Assembly (NCBI GenBank): GCA_030390025.1
Contig: CM059432.1
Span: 144,212,001 to 144,276,000, forward strand
Direction: 5' to 3'
DNA from: Squalus acanthias
Lineage: Eukaryota
DNA length: 64,000 bases
The notes beneath the pieces were generated by a model. It was given only the letters and a program-made list of their open reading frames with translations. It did not search any database and was not told the origin of the DNA. The position numbers were made by a program, and so were the translations under genes. This document shows, in pieces, positions 1 to 12,546 of this stretch. The stretch's first letter is position 1; every line of letters begins with the position of its first letter.

Positions 1-1312
1 GATACATAAAAACAGATTCTAAAAGCTTCTATAGGTATATAAAAAGGAAAAGATTAGCGAAAGTAAATGTGGGTCCCTTACAGGCTGAGACAGGAGAAAT
101 TATAATGGGGAATAAGGAAATGGCAGAGAAATTAAACAAATACTTTGTGTCTGTCTTCACAGAAGAAGACGCAAAAAACTTCCCAGAAATATTGGAGAGC
201 CATGGGTCTAGCGAGAATGAGGAACTGAAAGAAATTAGTATTAATAATAAAATAGTACTGGAGAAATTAAGGGGACTGAAAGCTGATAAATCCCTTGGAC
301 CTGATGGCCTACATCCTAGGGTTTTGAAAGAAGTGGCTATAGAGATAGTGGATGTATTGGTTGTCATCTTCCAAAATTCCATAGATTCCAGAACAGTTCC
401 CACGGATTGGAAAGTAGCAAATGTAACCCCACTATTTAAGAAAGGAGGGAGAGAGAAAACGGGGAACTACAGACCAGTTAGCCTGACATCAGTAGTAGGG
501 AAAATGCTAGAATCTATTATTAAAGATGTGGTAACAGGGCACTTAGAAAATAATAATAGGATTGGGCAGAGTCAACATGGATTTATGAAAGGGAAATCAT
601 GTTTGACAAATCTGTTAGATTTTTTGAGGTTGTAGCTAGCAGAATAGATAAGGGGGAACCAGTGGATGTGGTGTATTTGGATTTTCAGAAGGCATTCAAT
701 AAGGTGCCACACAAGAGGTTATTAAACAAAATTAGGGCTCATGGGATTGGGGGTAATATACTAGCATGGATTGAGGATTGGTTAATGGACAGAAAACAGA
801 GAGTAGGAATAAACGGGTCATTTTCGGGTTGGCAGGCTGTAACTAGTGGGTTACCGCAAGGATCAGTGCTTGGGCCTCAGCTATTCACAATCTATATCAA
901 TGATTTGGACGAGGGGACCAAATGTAATATATCCAAGTTTGCTGATGATACAAAGCTAGGTGGGAGTGTAAGTTGTAAGAAGGATGCAAAGAGGCTTCAA
1001 GGGGATATAGACAGGCTAAGTGAGTGGGCAAGAACATGGCAAATGGAATATAATGTGGAGAAATGTGAAGTTATCCACTTTGGTAGGAAAAATAGAAAAG
1101 CAGAGTATTTTTTAAATGGTGAGAGATTGGGAAATGTTGGTGTTCAGAGGGACCTGGGTGTCCTTGTACACGAATCACTGGAAGTTAACATGCAGGTACA
1201 GCAAGCAATTAGGAAAACAAATGGTACATTGGCCTTTATTACAAGAGGGTTTGAGTATAAGAGTAAAGACGTCTTACTGCTATTATATAGGGCCCTGGTG
1301 AGACCACACCTG
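1..1312 (+). mobile_element. CR1 LINE, ORF2 reverse-transcriptase region (frameshift near 620); interrupted at 1313 by a Harbinger
   Basis: ORFs 69-635 and 599-1477 carry CR1 RT motifs GPDGLHPRVLKE, NYRPVSLTS, QHGFMKGKSCLTNL, YLDFQKAF, PQGSVLGP, KFADDTK. Confidence 0.95.
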
Positions 1313-1667
1313 GGGGGAAAAATTCGGCATCGACCATTTTGGGGCGCTAACATTGGCCCGCCGCAAACTTTAGCACCCAGCGCAAATTCGCGCCAGCGAC
1401 CGCGAAATTCGTCTCCAGTGCCCCGGGAAGTGATTGGAGCGCTAAATCAAGCACTAACACTTCTCTTAGTGCGCTAGCGTCGGGGAACGGGGCGCTACCT
1501 CAGAGTGCTACTCAAGCTCAGGCACTGTCAGTTACCTAGTACTCAGACAGACTGGCGCCTTCCAGTTCTTAAAGGGAAGGTTCAATAATGCTGCACAGCC
1601 TCACCCTGATCATTGCTGCTTGTGACCTGGGCCTGCAAGGAGCTGCAATTCTTCAACCAGGAATCTC

Positions 1668-3500
1668 CTGGCTGCTCAGAGACCCAGGGAGAGAGCTCGC
1701 CGGTTCAGCGACCAGGCTTTGGCGGCTCTGGTTGTGGCTGTGGAACGCCGAAGGGCAGTGCTGTTCCCAGACACTGGCAGGAGGCCATTGCCCCCGGAGT
1801 TCACAAGGATGTGGAGGGAGGTGGCCCAGTACATCTTGTCCAGAAGAGTGGTCCAAAGGACTCACACCCAGTGCCGCAAGAAGTTCAACGACCTCACTCA
1901 GGTGGTCAGGGTGAGTAGATGCTTGAAATACCTCTACATCCCACCATCTCAACCTCACTCTGTGCACAGACGGTATAAACTGCCAAATCCCCAACACTCA
2001 CCCACCAACTATGCCCATCTACTAAAAGTCACATCCGCATCTCACACCTTGCAGACATTAACGGCTATTCAACTAGGGTAGGCACATCTGCCAAACACAT
2101 GGCTGCACACTCACTCACACGCTGTCCTTTTTCTTGCAGGCCAAGCTTGCTCATAACAGGAGGGATCCGCTACGCACAGGAGGAGATCAGACGGAGCTGC
2201 ACCCCTTTACACAGCTGGAGGAGCGAGTGCACAGAATCATCGCGAGCCATGTCGTGGGCGCTGTGGCAGTTGGAGAGGTCGACCCCCTTGGGGACAGCAA
2301 CAGTATGTTCATCACCTCTCCCTCCTCTCTCATTCCACTACCCCTCACAACACGAGTCCTTCCCACTTTCCATCTAAGTATACTGTCTCCATTCCTTGCT
2401 CCCTTCCTGCCCCCCTCCCCTCATGTTAAACCCACTCTTGTACCTTCCTGCTTTCAGATCGTGAGCCACCATCTGAACAGCGTGTCCCTCAGCCTCCCAG
2501 TGGCAGTAACACGCCTCCCGAGGGTGAGACATCCGATACTGGGGCCACGCGGTCACTGGAGGGGAGCAGAGGAATTGGCTCTGATGTGGGTGAAGCTCCG
2601 GGACCCAGCACGCTGCAGCAACGCCATGGGGGAAGGGAGGCTCGGGGGCCATCTCCGTGGAGGGTGAGTGCGCGCACGAGTTCTGCTGCACAGGACTCGG
2701 ATGAGGACTTCAATGTCGAGGCGATGACCACACAGGTGATGAGCATGCATACTGAGCTCATGGATACAATGGCAAGGGTGCCCGAGAGCATGGGTGCACT
2801 GGCCAGGAGCGTGGAGGAGTCCGCCGCCAGCACTGCTGCCATCTGTGCGCAAACCCTCGAGCCCATCCTTGCCACTTTGCAGAGGATGGTTGACTTGCAG
2901 GGAGACCGTGGGGACCCAGACCCCATGCCGCTTGTAATGGGTGAGGTGGCAGCATCTATTGCAGCCCAGGCCGAGGCAACGCAATGGCTTAGTGCTGTAA
3001 TTGAGTCATTGGTTGGTGCCATCCAGTCTCAGACTGCTCTCATGCAATCTCAGATTGATGCCACACAAGCGCTGACTGCTGCCATCCTCGCTGGGTTACC
3101 CACAGTCCACCGAGGATCTCACAGTGCTGCAGCAGGCCAGCAATCTGTGCTCGAGCAGATTGCTCCGGATGCTGAGGCTCTGCCCCGGGGGAGTGGCAGT
3201 GTGTCGGTCGAGCAGGAAGGTGCTGTCCTCTCTCAGGATGACAACACACCACTCTCAGCACTGCCACTCCGCCATTGCACTTGTCGCAGCCTGTAACCAG
3301 GCCATCCCAGACTGCTGCCGCCCATGCAGAGTTGGTGCAGTCTGCGGCCGGGCCCTCCAGGCCCAGAGCTGGTCGAGGGCATCCTGCAAGGCCATCTGCA
3401 GTCTCTGGCTCCCAGACTCAGCAGCCTTCCACCAGCCTTGCTGCAGCCACTGGGGCCACATTACGGAGGAGCAGTAGGATTGGGAGTGGGGGAAGTGCAA
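1668..3500 (+). pseudogene. Harbinger Myb/SANT (trihelix) DNA-binding protein; exons 1668-1910, 2140-2302, 2458-~3500
   Basis: RERARRFSDQAL..W.EVA..RTHTQCRKKFNDL. GT-AG introns keep the frame into ORF 2586-3296. CTG sits where copy 2 has ATG, and there is a late frameshift near 3250. Confidence 0.8.
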
Positions 3501-3836
3501 TGAGCAGGGAGATCATTGAGGAAGGCCCAGTAAATAACATTTTTAGAGCAAATGCGGGGAGTGTGTGTACCAAAGTTGGATGTGTTCGTAAATATATTGT
3601 TCAGTTTGGTAAGAAGTATTTCCGTGTGCTAAGAACCAGTTCTGTTTGTTCATAAATTGTTGTGTTTGTTTGTTATTGGTTGTGTTTAATAAGAGAGAGT
3701 TATGCAGAATAATAAATGTTTATTTCAACGTGACGAATTTGGTCCTGTTTCTCATTGGAACTTTGGCCGGTCATAGGGTCTGCGAGCTGGCTGTAATGAT
3801 GTGGTTGTTGATCCCAAATGCCATCTGCTCTCTCAT

Positions 3837-4046
3837 TCATCGGAAGCGCTGTGTAATGAGGCGTTCACGAACGGCCCTTGCTGAAGCAACATTGAGCGGC
3901 TCCCTCCTACGTTGCTGCTGCTCCTCCTCCTCTTCATCCTCCTCCTCCGCCTCTTGCCCCGCCTCCTGAGGTGGTCCGCCAATCCCTGGTGGCAATGGCT
4001 GGGTCCTCAGAATGGCGAGGTTGTGCAGCATGCAGCACACAATGAT
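3837..4046 (-). pseudogene. Harbinger transposase C-terminal fragment
   Basis: VCCMLHNLAILRTQPLP plus acidic tail and RERLITQRF; homologous to 39470-39670. Confidence 0.85.
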
Positions 4047-4392
4047 GAAAACGGATGCAGGGAGGATGTTTCCCCTGGCTGGGGAGTCTAGAACCAGGGG
4101 TCACAGTCTCAGAATAAGGGGTCGGCCATTTAGGACTGAGATGAGGAGAAATTTCTTCACTCAGAGGGTGGTGAATCTTTGGAATTCTCTACCCCAGAGG
4201 GCTGTGGAGGCTCAGTCATTGATTATATTCAAGACAGAGATCGATGGATTTTTGAATATTAAGGGAATCAAGGGATATGGGGATAGTTCAGGAAAGTGGA
4301 GATGAGGTAGAAGATCAGCCATGATCTTATTGAATGGCGGAGCAGGCTCGAGGGGCTGAATGGCCTACTCCTGCTCCTATTTCTTGTGTTCT
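4047..4392 (+). mobile_element. CR1 LINE 3' end (likely continuation of 1-1312)
   Basis: RMFPLAGESRTRGHSLRIRGRPFRTEMRRNFFTQRVVNLWNSLP followed by the CR1 3' UTR. Confidence 0.9.
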
Positions 4393-4394
4393 TA

Positions 4395-6035
4395 TTATCA
4401 CCCCTGAATGGCCTGGCTCTAATTATAAGGTTATGCCCCCTTGTTCTGGACTCCCCCACCAGAGGAAATAGTTTCTCTCCATCTACCCTATTGAATCCTT
4501 TAATCATCATAAACATCTCAATCAGACCACCCCTTAATCTTCTATACTCAAGAGAGCAGTTCATAATTCTGAGAATTGATAAGGTAGATCACAAGCTACT
4601 TATGGATGAGGGAGGTCATTTGGCCCCTCTTAATTCATCCATCGAGGATAACCCTACAATCCCTTTATTGCTGCAACTAGTTGTTTCTTAAAGGATTGCA
4701 GAGTTTTCCCCGTTGTCCATTCCAAGTGAAGAAAACCTCCTGATATCAGTCCTAATGGTGTATTTTACTAGTTTGAACCTGTTTCCCCTTGTCTTAATCT
4801 CACAAATTTAATTGAAAGTAGTATTCCAGATTAACCATTTACTATTTTAGATCTTCTATAAGATCACTTTACAGAGGCCTCCTTCGTAGACCCTGGTTTC
4901 CCTCAGACTTGCTGCCACTGAGTTACCGTAACTTCAACAGGAGTGTGGTGGAACTCTCTCTGTACGCGTGTAAATGGGGTTTCTGCCATACTTGCAGCAA
5001 TGTTACATTAGCGCGAAACTAGAAAGCCCGAGGAAATTCATGGCCCAAATTCTCTCCAGTCTTTCTCCGTAACTCAGACCCTGACCCTCATGGCTCCTCT
5101 CTACACTGCCTCCAGTGACTGAGTGTCTCTCTTGTGTCTCAGCGACTTGACCTGGGCACAGTGTTCCAGGTGTGGTCTGACCAGACCTGACGTAATGTTC
5201 AAGATTCTGTCGGACCAGAGCCCTGTACAGTTTGATCATGACTTCCTGTGACTTATTTAGCACTATTTTGGCTATTGTAGGAACATAGGAACAGGAGGAG
5301 GCCATTCAGCCTCTCGAGCTTGTTCTGCCGTTCAGTTAGATCATAGCTGATCTGTATCTTAACTCTATTTACCTGCCTTGGTTCTGTAACCCTAAATACC
5401 CTTACCCAACAAAAATCTATCAATCTCAGTTTTCAATTTTCAACAGCTTTTTTGGGGCAGAGAGTTCCAGATTTCCATTACCCTTTGTGTGAAGAAGTGG
5501 TTTCTGACATCAACCCTGAATGACCTGGCTCTAATTTTAAGGTTATGCCCCTTTGTTCTAGTCTCCCCCCCCATAGAGAAAATAGTTTCTCTCTATCTAC
5601 CATATCAAATCCTTTAACCATCTTAAACACCTCAAATAGATCACCCCTTAATCTTCTATATATCATATAATATATAGTTCAACATCCTGTTAGTTTGGTT
5701 GATTGATGCTCTGCGTTGGTTGAACATGTTTAGCGTTGAGTTTACTGAGACTCCTGGGTCCCTCGCTGCTTCATTCCTGGCTATTTCATGGAGTATGCTT
5801 GTTGCCTACTTTCCCTTCCTATGTGTAATACACTACACTTGTCAGCGTTAAATTTTATCTGCCATTCTCCAGCGCACTCATTCTGTAATTTCTGGGCGGC
5901 TTCCTGTGACTCGATCGACCCTCCGTGGATCATCCGCAAATCCGCCCACTTTGCATTGCATTCCTGAGTCCAAGTGATTGTTGTGAATTACAAACAGACA
6001 ATATCGCAACACTGAGGCCTGGGACTCCCGCTCAC
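4395..6035 (-). mobile_element. Cluster of antisense CR1 fragments (4395-4556, 5277-5660 and older degenerate sequence)
   Basis: Minus-strand ORFs RRLRGDL.EVFKM.KGFD.VDREKLF and IKLYRALVR. Confidence 0.75.
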
Positions 6036-6044
6036 CCCACCCCC

Positions 6045-9000
6045 CTCACATTAAACCCGCCACCCTCACATCACCCCCCCCCACATTAACCCCTCCCCCT
6101 CACATCACCCCCCCTCACATTAACCCGCCCCCCCTCACATTAACCCCTCCCCCTCACATTAACCCCTCACATTAACCCCTCCCCCCTCGCATTAACCCCT
6201 CCCCCTCACATTAACCCCTCCCCCTTGCATTAACCCCTCCCCCTCACATTAACCCTCCTCACATTAACCCCTCCCCCCTCACATTAACCCCTCCCCCTCA
6301 CATTAACCCCTCCCCCTCACATTAACCCCTCCCCCTCACATTAACCCCCCTCACATTAACCCCTCCCCCCTCACATTAACCCCTCCCCCCTCGCATTAAC
6401 CCCTCCCCCCTCACATTAACCCCTCCCCCTCACATTAACCCCTCCCCCTCACATTAACCCCCCTCACATTAACCCCTCCCCCTCACATTAACCCCTCCCT
6501 CGCATTAACCCCTCCCCCTCGCATTAACCCCTCCCCCTCACATTAACCCCTCCCCCTCACATCACACCCCCTCACATTAACCCCTCCCCCTCATATTAAC
6601 CCCTCCCTCGCATTAACCCCTCCCCCTCACATTAACCACTCCCCCTTGCATTAACCCCTCCCCCTCACATTAACCCCTCCCACTCACATTAACCCCTCCC
6701 CCTCACATTAACCCCGCCCCCTCATATTAACCCCTCCCTCACATTAACCACTCCCTCTCACATTAACCCCTCCCCCCTCATATTAACCCCTCCCTCACAT
6801 TAACCCCTCCCTCGCATTAACCCCTCCCCCTCGCATTAACCCCTCCCCCTCGCATTAACCCCTCCCCCTCACATTAACCCCTCCCCCTCACATCACCCCC
6901 CTCACATTAACCCCTCCCCCTCACATTAACCCCTCCCCCTCACATTAACCCCTCCCCCTCACATCACCCCCCCTCACATTAACCCCTCCCCCCTCACATT
7001 AACCCCTCCCCCTCACAGTAACCCCTCCCCCTCACATTAACCCCTCCCCCTCACATTAACCCCCCCTCACATTAACCCCTCCCCCTCACATTAACCCCTC
7101 CCCCTCGCATTAACCCCTCCCCCTCACATTAACCCCTCCCCCTCACATTAACCCCTCCCCCTCGCATTAACCCCTCCTCCCTCACATTAACCCCTCCCCC
7201 TCGCATTAACCCCTCCCCCTCACATTAACCCCTCCCCCTCACATTAACCCCTCCCCCTCACATCACCCCCCTCACATTAACCCCTCCCCCTCACATTAAC
7301 CCCTCCCCCCTCACATTAACCCCTCCCCCTCACATCACCCCCCTCACATTAACCCCTCCCCCTCACATTAACCCCTCCCCCCTCGCATTAAGCCCTCCCC
7401 CTCACATCACCCCCTCACATTAACCACTCCCTCTCACATTAACCCCTCCCCCCTCATATTAACCCCTCCCTCACATTAACCCCTCCCTCGCATTAACCCC
7501 TCCCCCTCACATTAACTCCTCCCCCTCGCATTAACCCCTCCCCCTCGCATTAACCCCTCCCCCTCACATCACCCCCCCTCACATTAACCCCTCCCCCTCA
7601 CATTAACCCCTCCCCCTCACATTAACCCCTCCCCCTCACATCACCCCCCCTCACATTAACCCTTCCCCCCTCACATTAACCCCTCCCCCTCACAGTAACC
7701 CCTCCCCCTCACATTAACCCCTCCCCCTCACATTAACCCCCCCTCACATTAACCCCTCCCCCTCACATTAACCCCTCCCCCTCGCATTAACCCCTCCCCC
7801 TCACATTAACCCCTCCCCCACACATTAACCCCTCCCCCTCGCATTAACCCCTCCTCCCTCACATTAACCCCTCCCCCTCGCATTAACCCCTCCCCCTCAC
7901 ATTAACCCCTCCCCTCACATTAACCCCTCCCCCTCACATCACCCCCCTCACATTAACCCCTCCCCCTCACATTAACCCCTCCCCCCTCGCATTAACCCCT
8001 CCCCCTCACATTAACCCCTCCCCCTCACATTAACCCCTCCCCCTCACATCACCCCCTCACATTAACTCCTCCCCCTCGCATTAACCCCCCCCTCACATTA
8101 ACCCCTCCCCCTCACATTAACCCCTCCCCCTCACATTAACCCCTCCCCCTCACATTAACCCCTCCCCCCTCACATTAACCCCTCCCTCACATTAACCCCT
8201 CCCCCTCACATTAACCCCTCCCTCGCATTAACCCCTCCCCCTCACATTAACCCCTCCCCCTCACATTAACCCCTCCCCCTCACATTAACCCTCCCCCCCT
8301 CACATTAACCCCTCCCTCACATCACCCCCCCTCACATTAACCCCTCCCCCTCACATTAACCCCTCCCCCTCACATTAACCCCTCCCCCCTCACATTAACC
8401 CCTCCCCCTCGGATTAACCCCTCCCCCTCGCATTAACCCCTCCCCCTCACATTAACCTTCCCCCCTCACATCACCCCCCTCACATTAACCCCTCCCCCTC
8501 ACATTAACCCCTCCCCCCTCACATTAACCCCTCCCCCCTCACATTAACCCCGCCCCCTCACATTAACCCCTCCCCCCTCACATTAACCCCTCCCCTCACA
8601 TTAACCCCCTCACATTAACCCCTCCCCCTCACATTAACCCCTCCCCCCTCACATTAACCCCTCCCCCTCACATTAACCCCTCCCCCTCACATTAACCCCT
8701 CCCCCCTCACATTAACCCCTCCCCCCTCACATTAACCCCTCCCCCCTCACATTAACCCCTCCCCCTCACATTAACCCCTCCCCCTCACATTAACCCCTCC
8801 CCCCTCACATTAACCCCTCCCCCCTCACATTAACCCCTCACCCCTCACATTAACCCCTCCCCCCTCACATTAACCCCTCCCCCTCACATTAACCCCTCCC
8901 CTCACATTAACCCCTCCCCCTCGGATTAACCCCTCCCCCTCACATTAACCCCTCCCCCTCACATTAACCCCTCCCCCTCACATTAACCCCCCTCACATTA

Positions 9001-11705
9001 ACCCCTCCCCCTCACATTAACCCCTCCCTCGCATTAACCCCTCCCCTCGCATTAACCCCTCCCCCTCACATTAACCCCTCCCCCTCACATCACACCCCCT
9101 CAACATTAACCCCTCCCCCCTCATATTAACCCCTCCCTCGCATTAACCCCTCCCCCTCACATTAACCACTCCCCCTTGCATTAACCCCTCCCCCTCACAT
9201 TAACCCCTCCCACTCACATTAACCCCTCCCCCTCACATTAACCCCGCCCCCTCATATTAACCCCTCCCTCACATTAACCACTCCCTCTCACATTAACCCC
9301 TCCCCCCTCATATTAACCCCTCCCTCACATTAACCCCTCCCTCGCATTAACCCCTCCCCCTCGCATTAACCCCTCCCCCTCCGCATTAACCCCTCCCCCT
9401 CGCATTAACCCTCCCCCTCACATCACCCCCCCTCACATTAACCCCCTCCCCCTCACATAACCCCTCCCCCTCACATTAACCCCTCCCCTCACATCACCCC
9501 CCCTCACATTAACCCCTCCCCCCTCACATTAACCCCTCCCCCTCACAGTAACCCCTCCCCCTCACATTAACCCCTCCCCCTCACATTAACCCCCCCTCAC
9601 ATTAACCCCTCCCCCTCACATTAACCCCTCCCCCTCGCATTAACCCCTCCCCCTCACATTAACCCCTCCCCCTCACATTAACCCCTCCCCCTCGCATTAA
9701 CCCCTCCTCCCTCACATTAACCCCTCCCCCTCGCATTAACCCCTCCCCCTCACATTAACCCCTCCCCCTCACATTAACCCCTCCCCCTCACATCACCCCC
9801 CTCACATTAACCCCTCCCCCTCACATTAACCCCTCTCCCCTCGCATTAACCCCTCCCCCTCACATTAACCCCTCCCCCTCACATTAACCCCTCCCCCTCA
9901 CATCACCCCCTCACATTAACTCCTCCCCCTCGCATTAACCCCTCCCCCTCACATTAACCCCTCCCCCTCACATTAACCCCTCCCCCTCACATTAACCCCT
10001 CCCCCTCACATTAACCCCTCCCCCCTCACATTAACCCCTCCCTCACATTAACCCCTCCCCCTCACATTAACCCCTCCCTCGCATTAACCCCTCCCCCTCA
10101 CATTAACCCCTCCCCCTCACATTAACCCCTCCCCCTCACATTAACCCCTCCCCCCCTCACATTAACCCCTCCCTCACATCACCCCCCCTCACATTAACCC
10201 CTCCCCCTCACATTAACCCCTCCCCCTCACATTAACCCCTCCCCCCTCACATTAACCCCTCCCCCTCGGATTAACCCCTCCCCCTCGCATTAACCCCTCC
10301 CCCTCACATTAACCTTCCCCCCTCACATCACCCCCCCTCACATTAACCCCTCCCCCTCACATTAACCCCTCCCCCCTCACATTAACCCCTCCCCCCTCAC
10401 ATTAACCCCGCCCCCTCACATTAACCCCTCCCCCCTCACATTAACCCCTCCCCTCACATTAACCCCCTCACATTAACCCCTCCCCCTCACATTAACCCCT
10501 CCCCCTCACATTAACCCCTCCCCCTCACATTAACCCCTCCCCCTCACATTAACCCCTCCCCCCTCACATTAACCCCTCCCCCCTCACATTAACCCCTCCC
10601 CCTCACATTAACCCCTCCCCCTCACATTAACCCCTCCCCCCTCACATTAACCCCTCCCCCCTCACATTAACCCCTCACCCCTCACATTAACCCCTCCTCC
10701 TCCCCCTCACATTAACCCCTCCCCCTCACATTAACCCCTCCCCTCACATTAACCCCTCCCCCTCGGATTAACCCCTCCCCCTCGCATTAACCCCTCCCCC
10801 TCACATTAACCTTCCCCCCTCACATCACCCCCCCTCACATTAACCCCTCCCCCTCACATTAACCCCTCCCCCCTCACATTAACCCCTCCCCCCTCACATT
10901 AACCCCTCCCCCTCACATTAACCCCTCCCCCCTCACATTAACCCCTCCCCTCACATTAACCCCCTCACATTAACCCCTCCCCCTCACATTAACCCCTCCC
11001 CCCTCACATTAACCCCTCCCCCTCACATTAACCCCTCCCCCTCACATTAACCCCTCCCCCCTCACATTAACCCCTCCCCCCTCACATTAACCCCTCCCCC
11101 CTCACATTAACCCCTCCCCCTCACATTAACCCCTCCCCCTCACATTAACCCCTCCCCCGCACATCACCCCCCTCACATTAACCCCCCCCCCTCACATTAA
11201 CCCCTCCCCCTTACATTAACCCCTCCCCCTCACATTAACCCCTCCCCCTCACATTAACCCCTCCCTCGCATTAACCCCTCCCCCTCACATTAACCCCTCC
11301 CCCTCACATTAACCCCTCCCCCTCACATCACCCCCCCTCACATTAACCCCTCCCCCTCACATCACACCCCCTCACATTAACCCCTCCCCCTCACATTAAC
11401 CCCTCCCCCTCGCATTAACCCCTCCCCTCACATTAACCCCTCCCCCTCGCATTAACCCCTCCCCCTCACATTAACCCCTCCCCCTCACATTAACCCCTCC
11501 CCCTCACATTAACCCCTCCCTCACATTAACCCCTCCCCCTCACATTAACCCCTCCCCCTCACATCACCCCCTCACATTAACCCCTCCCCCTCACATCACA
11601 CCCCCTCACATTAACCCCTCCCCCCTCACATTAACCCTCCCCCCTCAGATTAACCCCCCTCACATTAACCCCCACTCACATTACCCCCCCCCAACCCTCA
11701 CATCA
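6045..11705. repeat. ~5.6-kb C-rich minisatellite, ~19-bp unit TCACATTAACCCCTCCCCC
   Basis: Direct tandem repetition with variable C-run lengths and kb-scale duplicated blocks of variant units. Confidence 0.98.
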
Positions 11706-11889
11706 CCCCTCTACCCAGTACCGTTTTTCTACCCTTCAGCCAGTTTCTTATCAATACCCAGGTTTTACTCTGAACCCCCACAGCTTGAGTTAATTAGTAA
11801 TCTTTCCTACGGCAGTTTATCTAATGCCATTTTCAAGTTTCATTCTATAACATCTACCACAGTCAACTTGGATTGTTACTCCTTCAAAG

Positions 11890-12455
11890 AAATAGGGGAA
11901 GAAAATTCATGTCCACCACGAGAGTTGAAGAAGAAGAAGAAGAAGAAACACCATCACTCAATTTCACATTCCCAGCCACCAGCTCCTCAAGGTCGACTAG
12001 CAAGGCCATCTACAGTGTCCCCTACTGAAAGTCAGCAGCCTTCCACCAGCCATGCTGCAGCCACTGGGGTAGCACTGCATGATATCAGTAGAATAGGCAA
12101 AGGCACACACAAGACAGTCACTAAGAGAATGCATACAGATGATGAGTTGATTTCTTGATGTCATATTGGATGGATAGATGTATAAAGTTGGATTGGAAAG
12201 TTTGCTTTGTGGTAGCTTTTATTTCAGCATTATGGCCAAGAGGACTCTGCGATGGTCAGTAACAGAGGGAAGGTAAGGTGTGGGACTAATGCTGAAAGGG
12301 GAATTGGGGTTGTGGTAACTGGAACCACAGGCGATGATTCCATCCCGGATATCCTGGCCAGAAAGGGGCTGTCTGGGTTGCATCCTTCCTTCTGCTTCCT
12401 CCTCTTCTGCTTCCTCCTCTTCAGCTTCTTCCTCTTCTGCGTCTTCCTCTTCCCT
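11890..12455. mobile_element. Harbinger remnant: convergent 3' ends of the Myb gene (+) and the transposase (-)
   Basis: ARPSTVSPTESQQPSTSHAAATG matches the Myb C-termini of copies 1 and 2; acidic transposase tail on -. Confidence 0.7.
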
Positions 12456-12459
12456 CTGT

Positions 12460-12535
12460 AAACAGATGCTGGAAATCTGAAATGACAGCATAAAATGCTG
12501 GAAATACTCAGCAGGTCAGGCAGCATCTTGACCTG
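12460..12535 (-). mobile_element. Fragment of PLE-type terminus family B (ribozyme part absent)
   Basis: CAGATGCTGGAAATCTGAAA..AATGCTGGAAATACTCAGCAGGTCAGGCAGCATC, also present at 63355-63420. Confidence 0.6.
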
Positions 12536-12546
12536 AGACCTGAGCC

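Larger units (their letters stand above)
1313..4046. mobile_element. Harbinger/PIF DNA transposon (copy 1); left TIR kept, right part deleted
   Basis: Starts GGGGGAAAAATTCGGC, similar to the TIRs at 20420 and 37442. Carries a Myb/SANT gene on + and a convergent transposase C-terminus on -. Confidence 0.85.

Noticed and set aside
6045-11705. Interstitial telomere
   Set aside because: TAACCC occurs once per ~19-bp unit and never as (TTAGGG)n tandem runs
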